This document shows, one piece after another, positions 29,101-36,290 of a stretch of DNA of 64,000 nucleotides (positions are counted from its first letter, which is position 1; the number at the start of each line of letters is the position of its first letter). The notes beneath the pieces are model-generated. The model was not told where the DNA came from and made no database searches. It worked only from the letters and a program-made list of their open reading frames with translations. The position numbers were made by a program, and so were the translations under genes. The DNA comes from a virus: positions 1-64,000 of the IMG/VR virus record IMGVR_UViG_3300037520_000900. One strand, written 5' to 3'.

Positions 29101-29407
29101 CGTAACCTGACAAACCAAGTACTCTTGTTACGAACAATTGATTTGATTGTTGTAAATACGCCTTAGCAATATAAGATGTTTCGTATTTTGGTATTTGGGT
29201 GTTTACATATTTTTCAGGACTAGTTGAACCAAAATATACTTGGTACTCATCAAAATTTGTGATGAATATTGGTTCAAATGCCGGACCCTGTAAAGTCTCC
29301 CCAACAATACCTAAAGTTGTAACGCCGACACTTTGTGCGACGAATGTTAAATCTCTTTCTGAAGTATAAACCCCCGGAGATACAAATACTTTGTTAGATG
29401 AAGCCAT
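26192..29407 (-). CDS. Contractile tail sheath protein
   Basis: VSPGVYTSERD start; YYPWV, PWFASAGYTRG, NPIATF, WGNKTLQ, DRINVRRLL, KPTRALEYIDIEF. Confidence 0.95.
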   Translation of the reverse strand: MASSNKVFVSPGVYTSERDLTFVAQSVGVTTLGIVGETLQGPAFEPIFITNFDEYQVYFGSTSPEKYVNTQIPKYETSYIAKAYLQQSNQLFVTRVLGLSGYDAGPSWSITTMGNVDPSTIGATGNTTSTFQFTGLTGNPSSISLINIPAILSTVINATYTNYDNSTSTINSDIQAYLSNEITLFSTANPSSGTSAQFWGSVSGGVITYITGTSTPVNTITSVTETYGVSSIDVANNTLSSSTNDPWFYSQFAYSQNPSTDASSYFGFGFGISLDAISTGATAGSYSGSCNIMFTQYSGTPYLEFDDLVVATLRSRGISTYSSTQDGPRYEVSAKTDTILITSGDYVGVTRDPFDTFLVSGVTQDGDNFSFETSMLTTDSKYISKVFGRSNFGKDRTEVPLFVEEAYPALLTTGYRQGKIRGLYSDWIDLGGVRQNDTGSIAFYLEQFQTPETPYFVSELRGNKVYKLFKAKLISDGNAANRLVKISVANMSFNNSTFDLFVRDFFDTDQNVRVIESFTNCSLDPNQNNYVANKIGTSNGEYQVKSKYIMLDMSDEAPVDALPCGFEGYNMREYSNATPPFMVYKTKYLQPGELIYNPPFGSSNGGDNPVISNGENPRRAYLGISNITGIDYDFFEYKGKRVPINLGTDTEGIDWGYTTKGFHMDSGATVITQYNTLTSGQTAAFEVGVGSFNSEPNDSNNPYFRLNTRKFTVFAYGGFDGWDIYREYRTNEDTFALGQAGYKAGAEASITYPTATGWGAFKQISGPNQETWANTDYYAYLWGQQTFANPEAVNINVFTTPGIDYVNNSNLVELAIDMVETDRADSVYICTTPDFDLFLPTYNDLEEGLIYPQQAVDNLEDTGIDSNYTATYYPWVLTRDSVNNTQLYLPPTAEVTKNLALTDNIAFPWFASAGYTRGIVNAIKARRKLTQDDRDTLYKGRLNPIATFSDVGTVIWGNKTLQVRESALDRINVRRLLLQARKLISAVAVRLLFEQNDDKVRQDFLDSVNPILDSIRRDRGLIDFRVTVSNTPEDLDSNTLTGKIYLKPTRALEYIDIEFVITPTGASFDDV

Positions 29408-29443
29408 TTTTAAATCTTTTGTTTTTTATAATTTATTTTTCTA

Positions 29444-29451
29444 TATAAATA
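29444..29451 (-). promoter_or_regulatory. Putative late-promoter motif TATTTATA (sheath)
   Basis: About 37 nt upstream of the sheath ATG. Confidence 0.6.
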
Positions 29452-29500
29452 CCGCACTCAATAGCAAAAAGCTTTGATTTTTTTTATAAAAAAATATATG

Positions 29501-29529
29501 GTATGAAAAATTTCTGCCTTTTTTCATAC
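29501..29529. promoter_or_regulatory. Inverted repeat GTATGAAAAA-9nt-TTTTTCATAC, candidate operator
   Basis: Perfect 10-bp arms just upstream of a small RHH gene. Confidence 0.55.
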
Positions 29530-29550
29530 TAATAAACTATTTATTCCGGT

Positions 29551-29700
29551 ATGAAGAAAATCAAAAACATTAAAATTTCTGAAGAAGTTCACGACGTTTT
29601 AAAAAAATATTGTGAAGAAAAAGGATATAAAATTCACAAGTTTTTAGAAAAGTTGATTTTAAAAACATGCCAAAAAGAAAAAGATATTTACGGAGAATAA
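29551..29700 (+). CDS. Ribbon-helix-helix DNA-binding protein (49 aa)
   Basis: Manual translation MKKIKNIKISEEVHDVLKKYCEEKGYKIHKFLEKLILKTCQKEKDIYGE has the strand-helix-G-helix RHH pattern; TATTTATT at 29538-29545. Confidence 0.75.
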   Translation: MKKIKNIKISEEVHDVLKKYCEEKGYKIHKFLEKLILKTCQKEKDIYGE

Positions 29701-30741
29701 CTATATTATATATGTAACCGTCTTTAGTGTCGAAGATTCAGATACGTTATTTTTAGTTACAATTATTTTTAAAGTATCACCATTAGTTATTTGAATAGTT
29801 CCTATATTATCCCCAACATAATTGTTATTTATATAGACAGAATATGCGTCTACATTGATTGTATTTTCTACCACAATGTCTGCAGTATAATTAAATAATT
29901 CACTAACTTGGGTATTAGCACTAACAAATAAAATATCTAAATCAAAATTATCGGGTCTTGGTGGTTCTATTTTAATTTTTCTTTTTCTTGTTTTAGTGTC
30001 CACTTCTAACATAGTAACCGCCCTTGTTATTGCTGGAGAAACTTGAAATTCCTCTTCATCGATTAGTAAACCCTTTAAAGTGATTTTATAATTTGCAATA
30101 TAGTATTTTCTTTTTTCAAGTTCTTTTGACGATTCATCAGAAACATCGTCCATTATTATGGGTAAATAGTGTCCTTTTACATTTACGTACGCTTGTTTTG
30201 ATGTGAATGTTTGCATGAATATTTTATTAAATTCATTCAACTCCCTCATTCTATTACAGAATAGTTTTATATTATAGGTAATGTCAACAGGTATTGGTTG
30301 AGGTATTTTATAAACGTCAGCACCTTTTCTTTGCCCGTCCCAAGTTGGCACAGTATAATAATGAAAATGTTTTCTTTCAGGGATATTCGCTAACCCTCCT
30401 TGTAATGTTCCGTATTTAACTTCGGGCATTCTAACTGTAGTGACAAAAGGTAATTTAATATTTTTATCTAAATCATTAAAGTTCCAAGTTGTTGTAAATT
30501 GTGCCCAATTTTGATTTGTAATTATTTTATCAATTGTTGGTACTTTTTTTCCGTCAACAACAAGTTTCAATCTTTCTTTTACAAAATCTAAAATACCTTT
30601 ATCTAAATCCGCATGTAAAACACCTTTTGGTAAAAAAGTTCCGTCATCAGTTATTTGATCTAATAACTCTTGTCTTCTTTCTTTACCGACCTTTTCTGGC
30701 ACTAATGGTAAATGTTTTTTTATTTTTTTTGGTAATGCCAT
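29701..30741 (-). CDS. Tail terminator/completion protein (gp15-like)
   Basis: PQPIPVDITYNIKLFCNRMRELNE motif; between neck and sheath. Confidence 0.6.
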   Translation of the reverse strand: MALPKKIKKHLPLVPEKVGKERRQELLDQITDDGTFLPKGVLHADLDKGILDFVKERLKLVVDGKKVPTIDKIITNQNWAQFTTTWNFNDLDKNIKLPFVTTVRMPEVKYGTLQGGLANIPERKHFHYYTVPTWDGQRKGADVYKIPQPIPVDITYNIKLFCNRMRELNEFNKIFMQTFTSKQAYVNVKGHYLPIIMDDVSDESSKELEKRKYYIANYKITLKGLLIDEEEFQVSPAITRAVTMLEVDTKTRKRKIKIEPPRPDNFDLDILFVSANTQVSELFNYTADIVVENTINVDAYSVYINNNYVGDNIGTIQITNGDTLKIIVTKNNVSESSTLKTVTYII

Positions 30742-31256
30742 TATATCCCTTTGAATTCATTTTCATTAACAGGTGAAGCAATAATTGATCTGTAGAATCT
30801 TTTATACCCACCGTAAGTATGTTTGTTGTCAGTAAATACCCTTCCGTCATTGACGACAGAATAATACCTAACTCTATCTTCAGTCTCATAGTACCCAATG
30901 TAGTCACCATATTCAATTTCAATTCCCATCTCGTCTAAGTGTTTTTGATATACACCGACCTTTAAATTTCCTGGTTCCATTTGTGTTAGTTTAGAAGAAC
31001 CATAATCTGTATTTGCCGGAGCCTCAACTTGAACATATCCTTTAAATTCTACTGGGGGTAAAAATTGGATTCCGTCCTCTAATGTTTCACCATAAACATC
31101 ATCATTATTGGTTCTTTGTTTATCAACTCTATATAAAACAAGTGTAAAGTTCATGTCTCCATGTAACCACTCTTCACCCATATTAATATCTAAATTAAAA
31201 TCTTCTTCTGAGAAGAATTTATTTAATCTTGTAATTGGAACTTTATTCTGTGACAT
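30741..31256 (-). CDS. Neck/head-closure protein (gp14-like)
   Basis: LYRVD...DDVYGE...GDYIGY pattern; TATTTATA at 31261-31268 upstream. Confidence 0.6.
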   Translation of the reverse strand: MSQNKVPITRLNKFFSEEDFNLDINMGEEWLHGDMNFTLVLYRVDKQRTNNDDVYGETLEDGIQFLPPVEFKGYVQVEAPANTDYGSSKLTQMEPGNLKVGVYQKHLDEMGIEIEYGDYIGYYETEDRVRYYSVVNDGRVFTDNKHTYGGYKRFYRSIIASPVNENEFKGI

Positions 31257-31274
31257 ATAATATAAATACTATTA

Positions 31275-31305
31275 AAACAAAAAACCCACCTTTATGGGGT
31301 GGGTT
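31275..31305 (-). terminator. Intrinsic terminator
   Basis: AACCCACC/GGTGGGTT stem, U-tract on minus strand. Confidence 0.75.
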
Positions 31306-31325
31306 ATTTATTAGATTATTTTTTT

Positions 31326-31835
31326 TTAATATCCTCCATATCTTTTTCTATCTCTATCTAAATGTCTACGTAATTCTTGTCTTCTTTTACTAGTGTCATT
31401 AATACCCGTCTCATCTTGATATTTTTTAAATGAACTTTCCCATTTTGAAATATCGTCATCAAAATCTTTTAAATATGGTGCGTTTTTCTTAAAATCATCC
31501 ACTTTTGTTCCAAGTTCGTCATATTCACTTTGATAAGCGTCCACATCAAAATCCGAAGGTCTATTTTTAACAACATCAGAATATCTATCTTCTTCTTGTT
31601 TTGCTCTATAATCACGTTTTTTATTTTTTAACTCCATATGTCTTGGTTCGTCCCTCCATTTTTCAAATTCAGGTTCAAATAAATCAATATCACCATCAAA
31701 ATCGTTTAGGTACGGTGCTTTAGATCTAATATCTTGAAGTTCCATTTCATCTTCATCTGACCATTCATTCTCTCTAATTACTCGTCTTACAATTCTTGTA
31801 AGATCTGATTCAGTTAATCTAACTATTCTTTTCAT
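31326..31835 (-). CDS. Hypothetical protein with MKRIVRLTESDL leader and internal duplication
   Basis: Two APYL.DFD.DI...E..F.K..DE units; own TATTTATA (31865-31872) and terminator. Confidence 0.75.
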   Translation of the reverse strand: MKRIVRLTESDLTRIVRRVIRENEWSDEDEMELQDIRSKAPYLNDFDGDIDLFEPEFEKWRDEPRHMELKNKKRDYRAKQEEDRYSDVVKNRPSDFDVDAYQSEYDELGTKVDDFKKNAPYLKDFDDDISKWESSFKKYQDETGINDTSKRRQELRRHLDRDRKRYGGY

Positions 31836-31932
31836 CGTTTTTTTTTTGATTTATTATTTTTTCATATAAATATATAGTTAAAAAAAAAAGATTGATTTTT
31901 TTATATTATTTACTATTTTTATTTATAATATA

Positions 31933-33696
31933 ATGGAAGAACTAATTTCAAAAACTCCCGAAACAAGAGCCGTTCAATTGTTAGAAGAATATGAAGGGTC
32001 AAATAACTATATCTTGGCGTTAAAATACAAAAAGAATAATAGTAAATCATTTACACCCACAAGATCACAGGCCGAATACATTATAAATTTTCACGGACGA
32101 ACACCAAAAGTTGCAAAAAAATGGGTCAAACTTGATTCGTATTTTGGTAAAAAAATGATGGAAGAAAAAATGTACACCAAAGAACCAACAGAGATATATG
32201 TTGAGAAACTTTTGGTTGAGAAAGACAAATCATATCATATTTGGGGTAAGATATTTAGTGGTGATACCGTACATGACTTTTGGTTACCAAAATCGGCACT
32301 TATAAAAGATAACGAAGTGAAAAACGTTATTGTTGATTACAACAAATACAACCATAGACTTCCGATGGATCACCAAAAAGAGGCGATCACTAAATTGGTT
32401 GGTAACAAAAAATTCATATTGGCTGATGATATGGGACTTGGTAAAACTACATCAACGATAATATCCGCACTTGAAACGGGAGCAAAAAAAATATTAATAG
32501 TTTGTCCAGCATCTTTAAAAATAAATTGGCAACGTGAAATTGAAAATTATTCAGATAGGTCTGTTTATATTTCGGAAGGTAAAAAATTTTCTACTGAATC
32601 TGATTTTGTTATAATTAATTATGACATATTAAAAAACTTTCACGACCCAAAAAAGAAAGACGACTCTATTATTTTAAATTCTAATTTTGATTTGGTAATT
32701 ATGGACGAAGCTCACATGATTTCAAATCCACAAGCACAAAGAACAAAAATTGTAAATGATTTATGTGGAAAGGTTGAAAGAGTTTGGTTATTAACAGGAA
32801 CCCCAATGACATCAAGACCAATGAACTATTATAATCTTTTAAGTTTGGTTGAAAGCCCTGTTGCTGCAAATTGGATGGCTTATGCTAAAAGATACTGTAA
32901 TGGGTTTCAATTTAGTGTTGGAAAAAGAAAAGTATGGAATGTAGCTGGAGCCTCTAACTTGGATGAACTAAGAGAAAGAACTCAATCACATATTTTAAGA
33001 AGATTAAAAGAAGACGTATTAGATTTACCCGATAAAATTATTACACCTGTTTATTTAAGATTAAAGTCAAAAGATTATGAAGAACTTATGGGGGAATACT
33101 TCAATTGGTATGACAACAACTCAGAAGAGTCATCATCTTTAACAATTCAGTTTGGAAAACTAATGAAAGTTAGAAAGGTGATTGCTGAAGAAAAAGTTAA
33201 AAACACAATTGAATTGGCTGAAAATATTATTGAACAAGGGAAAAAAGTAATCATATTTACAAATTTTACAGACACATTACGAACAATTTATGAACACTTT
33301 GAAAAACAGGCGGTTTATTTAGACGGGTCTTGTTCAAAACCTCACCGACAAAAAGCTGTGGACGATTTTCAAGAAAATGATAAAATTAAAGTTTTTGTTG
33401 GTAATTTAAAAGCTGCTGGTGTTGGTATTACATTAACCTCAGCAGAAGCCGTAATCATGAATGATTTATCCTTTGTTCCTGCAGAACACGCACAAGCAGA
33501 AGACAGGTCTCATAGAATAGGTCAAAAAAATTCAACTTCAGTTTATTACCCTTTATTTGAAAACACAATAGAGGGTGTGATCTATGACATTTTAAATAGA
33601 AAGAAAAAAATCATATCAACAGTCATGGGTGATGACATGATGGAAGACGCATCTTCAATTGAAGAAATGTTAAATTTAATTTCTTCTAAGAGGTGA
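31933..33696 (+). CDS. SNF2-family helicase (SMARCAL1/HARP-like)
   Basis: ILADDMGLGKT, VCPASL, DEAH, LTGTP, RRLKEDVL, QAEDRSHRIGQ. Confidence 0.92.
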   Translation: MEELISKTPETRAVQLLEEYEGSNNYILALKYKKNNSKSFTPTRSQAEYIINFHGRTPKVAKKWVKLDSYFGKKMMEEKMYTKEPTEIYVEKLLVEKDKSYHIWGKIFSGDTVHDFWLPKSALIKDNEVKNVIVDYNKYNHRLPMDHQKEAITKLVGNKKFILADDMGLGKTTSTIISALETGAKKILIVCPASLKINWQREIENYSDRSVYISEGKKFSTESDFVIINYDILKNFHDPKKKDDSIILNSNFDLVIMDEAHMISNPQAQRTKIVNDLCGKVERVWLLTGTPMTSRPMNYYNLLSLVESPVAANWMAYAKRYCNGFQFSVGKRKVWNVAGASNLDELRERTQSHILRRLKEDVLDLPDKIITPVYLRLKSKDYEELMGEYFNWYDNNSEESSSLTIQFGKLMKVRKVIAEEKVKNTIELAENIIEQGKKVIIFTNFTDTLRTIYEHFEKQAVYLDGSCSKPHRQKAVDDFQENDKIKVFVGNLKAAGVGITLTSAEAVIMNDLSFVPAEHAQAEDRSHRIGQKNSTSVYYPLFENTIEGVIYDILNRKKKIISTVMGDDMMEDASSIEEMLNLISSKR

Positions 33697-33708
33697 TATT
33701 TATAATAC

Positions 33709-34800
33709 ATGAAAGTTAATATCACCTATAAAGGTTATGTTCCGACAAAAGAACAAAAAAGTCTTTTTGAAAAATTTATAGATTTTTTAAAAAAATCACA
33801 CCCATTAAAAAAAGATATTGATATTGTCTTTACCAAAGAAAGATACGGTAAGATGACAACAGGTGTAAGAACAAAAGATGACCTTATAAAAATTTTAGTA
33901 AAAGATAGATTAAATAGGGATATTCTAAAAACATTGTCTCATGAGTGGATGCACGAATATCAAAGAACGATATTAGGTAGAAAAAAAGGACCTAACATTG
34001 GTGGTAAAAATGAAGATGAAGCAAACGCTGTTTCAGGGGCCGATGTAAAAAAATTTGAAAAGGGTAACGAAAAACTAGAAAAAATAATTTACAAAAAATT
34101 TCAAAACAAAATTGATAAAATTGAAGAGGGGTTAAATGTCGAGTCATTCAATAATAAACTTTTAATAAATGAAATTAAAAAAGTTAGTATTGAAAGTTTA
34201 CCTTATGGTTATGGGGACTTAACAAATTTTATTGACTCTGAAACTATGAAAACTCATTACACAAAACACTACAAAGGTTATGTTGATAAATTAAACGTTG
34301 AATTAGAAAAAGTTAAAGGTAAAGATATTGATTTAGAAGAAATTATTACAAAAATATCAAAATTTAATAATAAAGTTAAAAATAATGGTGGGGGGGCTTT
34401 CAACCACGCATTATTTTGGAAAATGTTGTCACCAAAAAAACAAACAATTCAGGACCCAATAAAAAATGAAATTGAAAAAAACTTTGGTTCTTTTGAAAAA
34501 TTTAAAGAAAAATTTGAAGAAGAATCAAAAAATAGATTTGGTTCAGGTTGGGTTTGGTTAATACTAACCGACACCAACAGATTAAAGATTGTCTCAACGT
34601 CAAATCAAGATAACCCACTTATGAATACAGAAAAAGAACGGGGTTATCCGTTATTAGGTCTTGATGTTTGGGAACATGCATACTATTTAAAATATAAAAA
34701 CAAAAGAGACGATTACGTAAAAAACTTTTGGAAAGTTGTTAATTGGAGTTTTGTAAATGATCAATATACAACAAGAGTAGATATAAACAAATCAAAATAA
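33709..34800 (+). CDS. sod: Fe/Mn superoxide dismutase fused to an N-terminal HEXXH zincin-like domain
   Basis: LPYGY...HYTKHYKGYV...GGAFNHALFW...FGSGWVWL...NQDNP...DVWEHAYY; N-terminal HEWMH...EDEAN. Confidence 0.9.
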   Translation: MKVNITYKGYVPTKEQKSLFEKFIDFLKKSHPLKKDIDIVFTKERYGKMTTGVRTKDDLIKILVKDRLNRDILKTLSHEWMHEYQRTILGRKKGPNIGGKNEDEANAVSGADVKKFEKGNEKLEKIIYKKFQNKIDKIEEGLNVESFNNKLLINEIKKVSIESLPYGYGDLTNFIDSETMKTHYTKHYKGYVDKLNVELEKVKGKDIDLEEIITKISKFNNKVKNNGGGAFNHALFWKMLSPKKQTIQDPIKNEIEKNFGSFEKFKEKFEEESKNRFGSGWVWLILTDTNRLKIVSTSNQDNPLMNTEKERGYPLLGLDVWEHAYYLKYKNKRDDYVKNFWKVVNWSFVNDQYTTRVDINKSK

Positions 34801-34828
34801 CCAGATATTTATATAGAAATATATATCT

Positions 34829-35950
34829 ATGGCCTCTACTGTAATTATTACCGGTCCTGAAAGAGAAGCACTTTATAAAAGAATAAGAAATTTACTTGGT
34901 GCCCCTCTTCGTTCAGTTGAATTAGAAGACGAAATGTTAGATTCTCTTTTAGAACTTTCTATTGAAGATTATGAACAACATATCCAAGATTGGCTAATTG
35001 AAGCTCAATGGACTTCTGTTTATGGTTTAAATTTAGATGAACAATCAATAACAAGAGCACTTACAACTCGTGATATGAATTGGGAAACTCAATACACTTA
35101 CGCATATTCAAAAATTGTAGGACTACAGGCTGGTGGGGATTGGGTATTAGAAAAAGATTATATTGATTTAGTCCCTAACCAACAAATGTATGAAATACCG
35201 GCAGGTAGAGAAGTCAATGAATTATTATGGTTTGCTCGTTCTGAATTAGATGCTGCTTACTTCGATCCATTTATGGGTGGATTTGGTGGATTTGGTGGTA
35301 TTGGTCTTGGTGGTGGTGCGGGGTTTTCTCAAATGGGGACTACCGGTAATTATTTTATTACACCAGCTTCTGATATTCTTTTAAGAATGGCAGATATACA
35401 AATGAAAAGAAGAATTATTACCGGAGATTTAACATATAGAATAACGGCACTTCCTGAAGGTAAAAAGGCCATACATTTATATAATGTTCCTGGTGGTAAA
35501 TTTGATTTTGGTAACATGCAAAGAAATAAATATAGAGTATGGTATTGGTATTACGATACTTTTGATAGGGAGGATTGTTTAGATAAAAATCCAGACGTTG
35601 TTAGATTACCTTCAGATGTTCCTTTAGAAAAATTAAGATGGGATAAATTAAATAACCCTTCTAAAACTTGGGTTAGAAGGTGGTTTACCGCATATTGTAA
35701 AGAAAGTCTTGCAAGGGTAAGAGGAAAATATAGTGGTAGTTTAAAAACACCTGATAGTGAATTAACTTTAGAATATACAACATTACAGTCAGAAGCAAAA
35801 GACGAAAAAACTATGTTGTGGGAAGAACTTAAAACTCGTTTAGAAAGATTAAGACCTGAGAAAATGATGGAGGCGAAAGCACTACAAGCAGAAAATTTAA
35901 ACAAACTTTTAAAGTTCAGAGCATTTACAAGTCCGTATAATGTAATATAA
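34829..35950 (+). CDS. Neck/head-tail adaptor protein (gp13-like)
   Basis: LGAPLRSVELEDEMLD, ARVRGKYSG motifs; TATTTATA at 34806-34813. Confidence 0.7.
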   Translation: MASTVIITGPEREALYKRIRNLLGAPLRSVELEDEMLDSLLELSIEDYEQHIQDWLIEAQWTSVYGLNLDEQSITRALTTRDMNWETQYTYAYSKIVGLQAGGDWVLEKDYIDLVPNQQMYEIPAGREVNELLWFARSELDAAYFDPFMGGFGGFGGIGLGGGAGFSQMGTTGNYFITPASDILLRMADIQMKRRIITGDLTYRITALPEGKKAIHLYNVPGGKFDFGNMQRNKYRVWYWYYDTFDREDCLDKNPDVVRLPSDVPLEKLRWDKLNNPSKTWVRRWFTAYCKESLARVRGKYSGSLKTPDSELTLEYTTLQSEAKDEKTMLWEELKTRLERLRPEKMMEAKALQAENLNKLLKFRAFTSPYNVI

Positions 35951-35957
35951 ATATTTT

Positions 35958-36290
35958 ATGGGAATTTTCAGAAGTATCTCTTCAAAAAAAATAATTAATG
36001 GTGTTGAAATTCAAACGTCCGATTTGGCTGTTATTACAAATGAAAATTACAAAACTAACGGAGAATCCGCAATAGTAATTAAAGGTGTTGAAAATTGTAA
36101 TTTATTTTTAAATTCAACTACCACCGATCATATTGTAGTAAAGGCACTTACAAATGTTTTAGTGACATCAGATACTCTAATTGACGAAGAATTCAACGAG
36201 GTTGAGCTGACTAAAGGGTCTTGTGTTGAATTTAGAAAAATAGGTGACTTTTGGTATATACTTTCTTCGGACGGATTAAAAAATTCTTAA
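35958..36290 (+). CDS. Hypothetical beta-rich protein
   Basis: 110-aa ORF following the neck gene. Confidence 0.65.
   Translation: MGIFRSISSKKIINGVEIQTSDLAVITNENYKTNGESAIVIKGVENCNLFLNSTTTDHIVVKALTNVLVTSDTLIDEEFNEVELTKGSCVEFRKIGDFWYILSSDGLKNS

Noticed and set aside
29477-29495. AT palindrome as a replication origin
   Set aside because: Poly-T/poly-A palindromes arise easily at this AT content; no iterons or other support
7131-31256. Bacterial extracellular contractile injection system or tailocin
   Set aside because: Neck proteins, DNA polymerase, helicase, SSB and RNR alongside indicate a replicating phage
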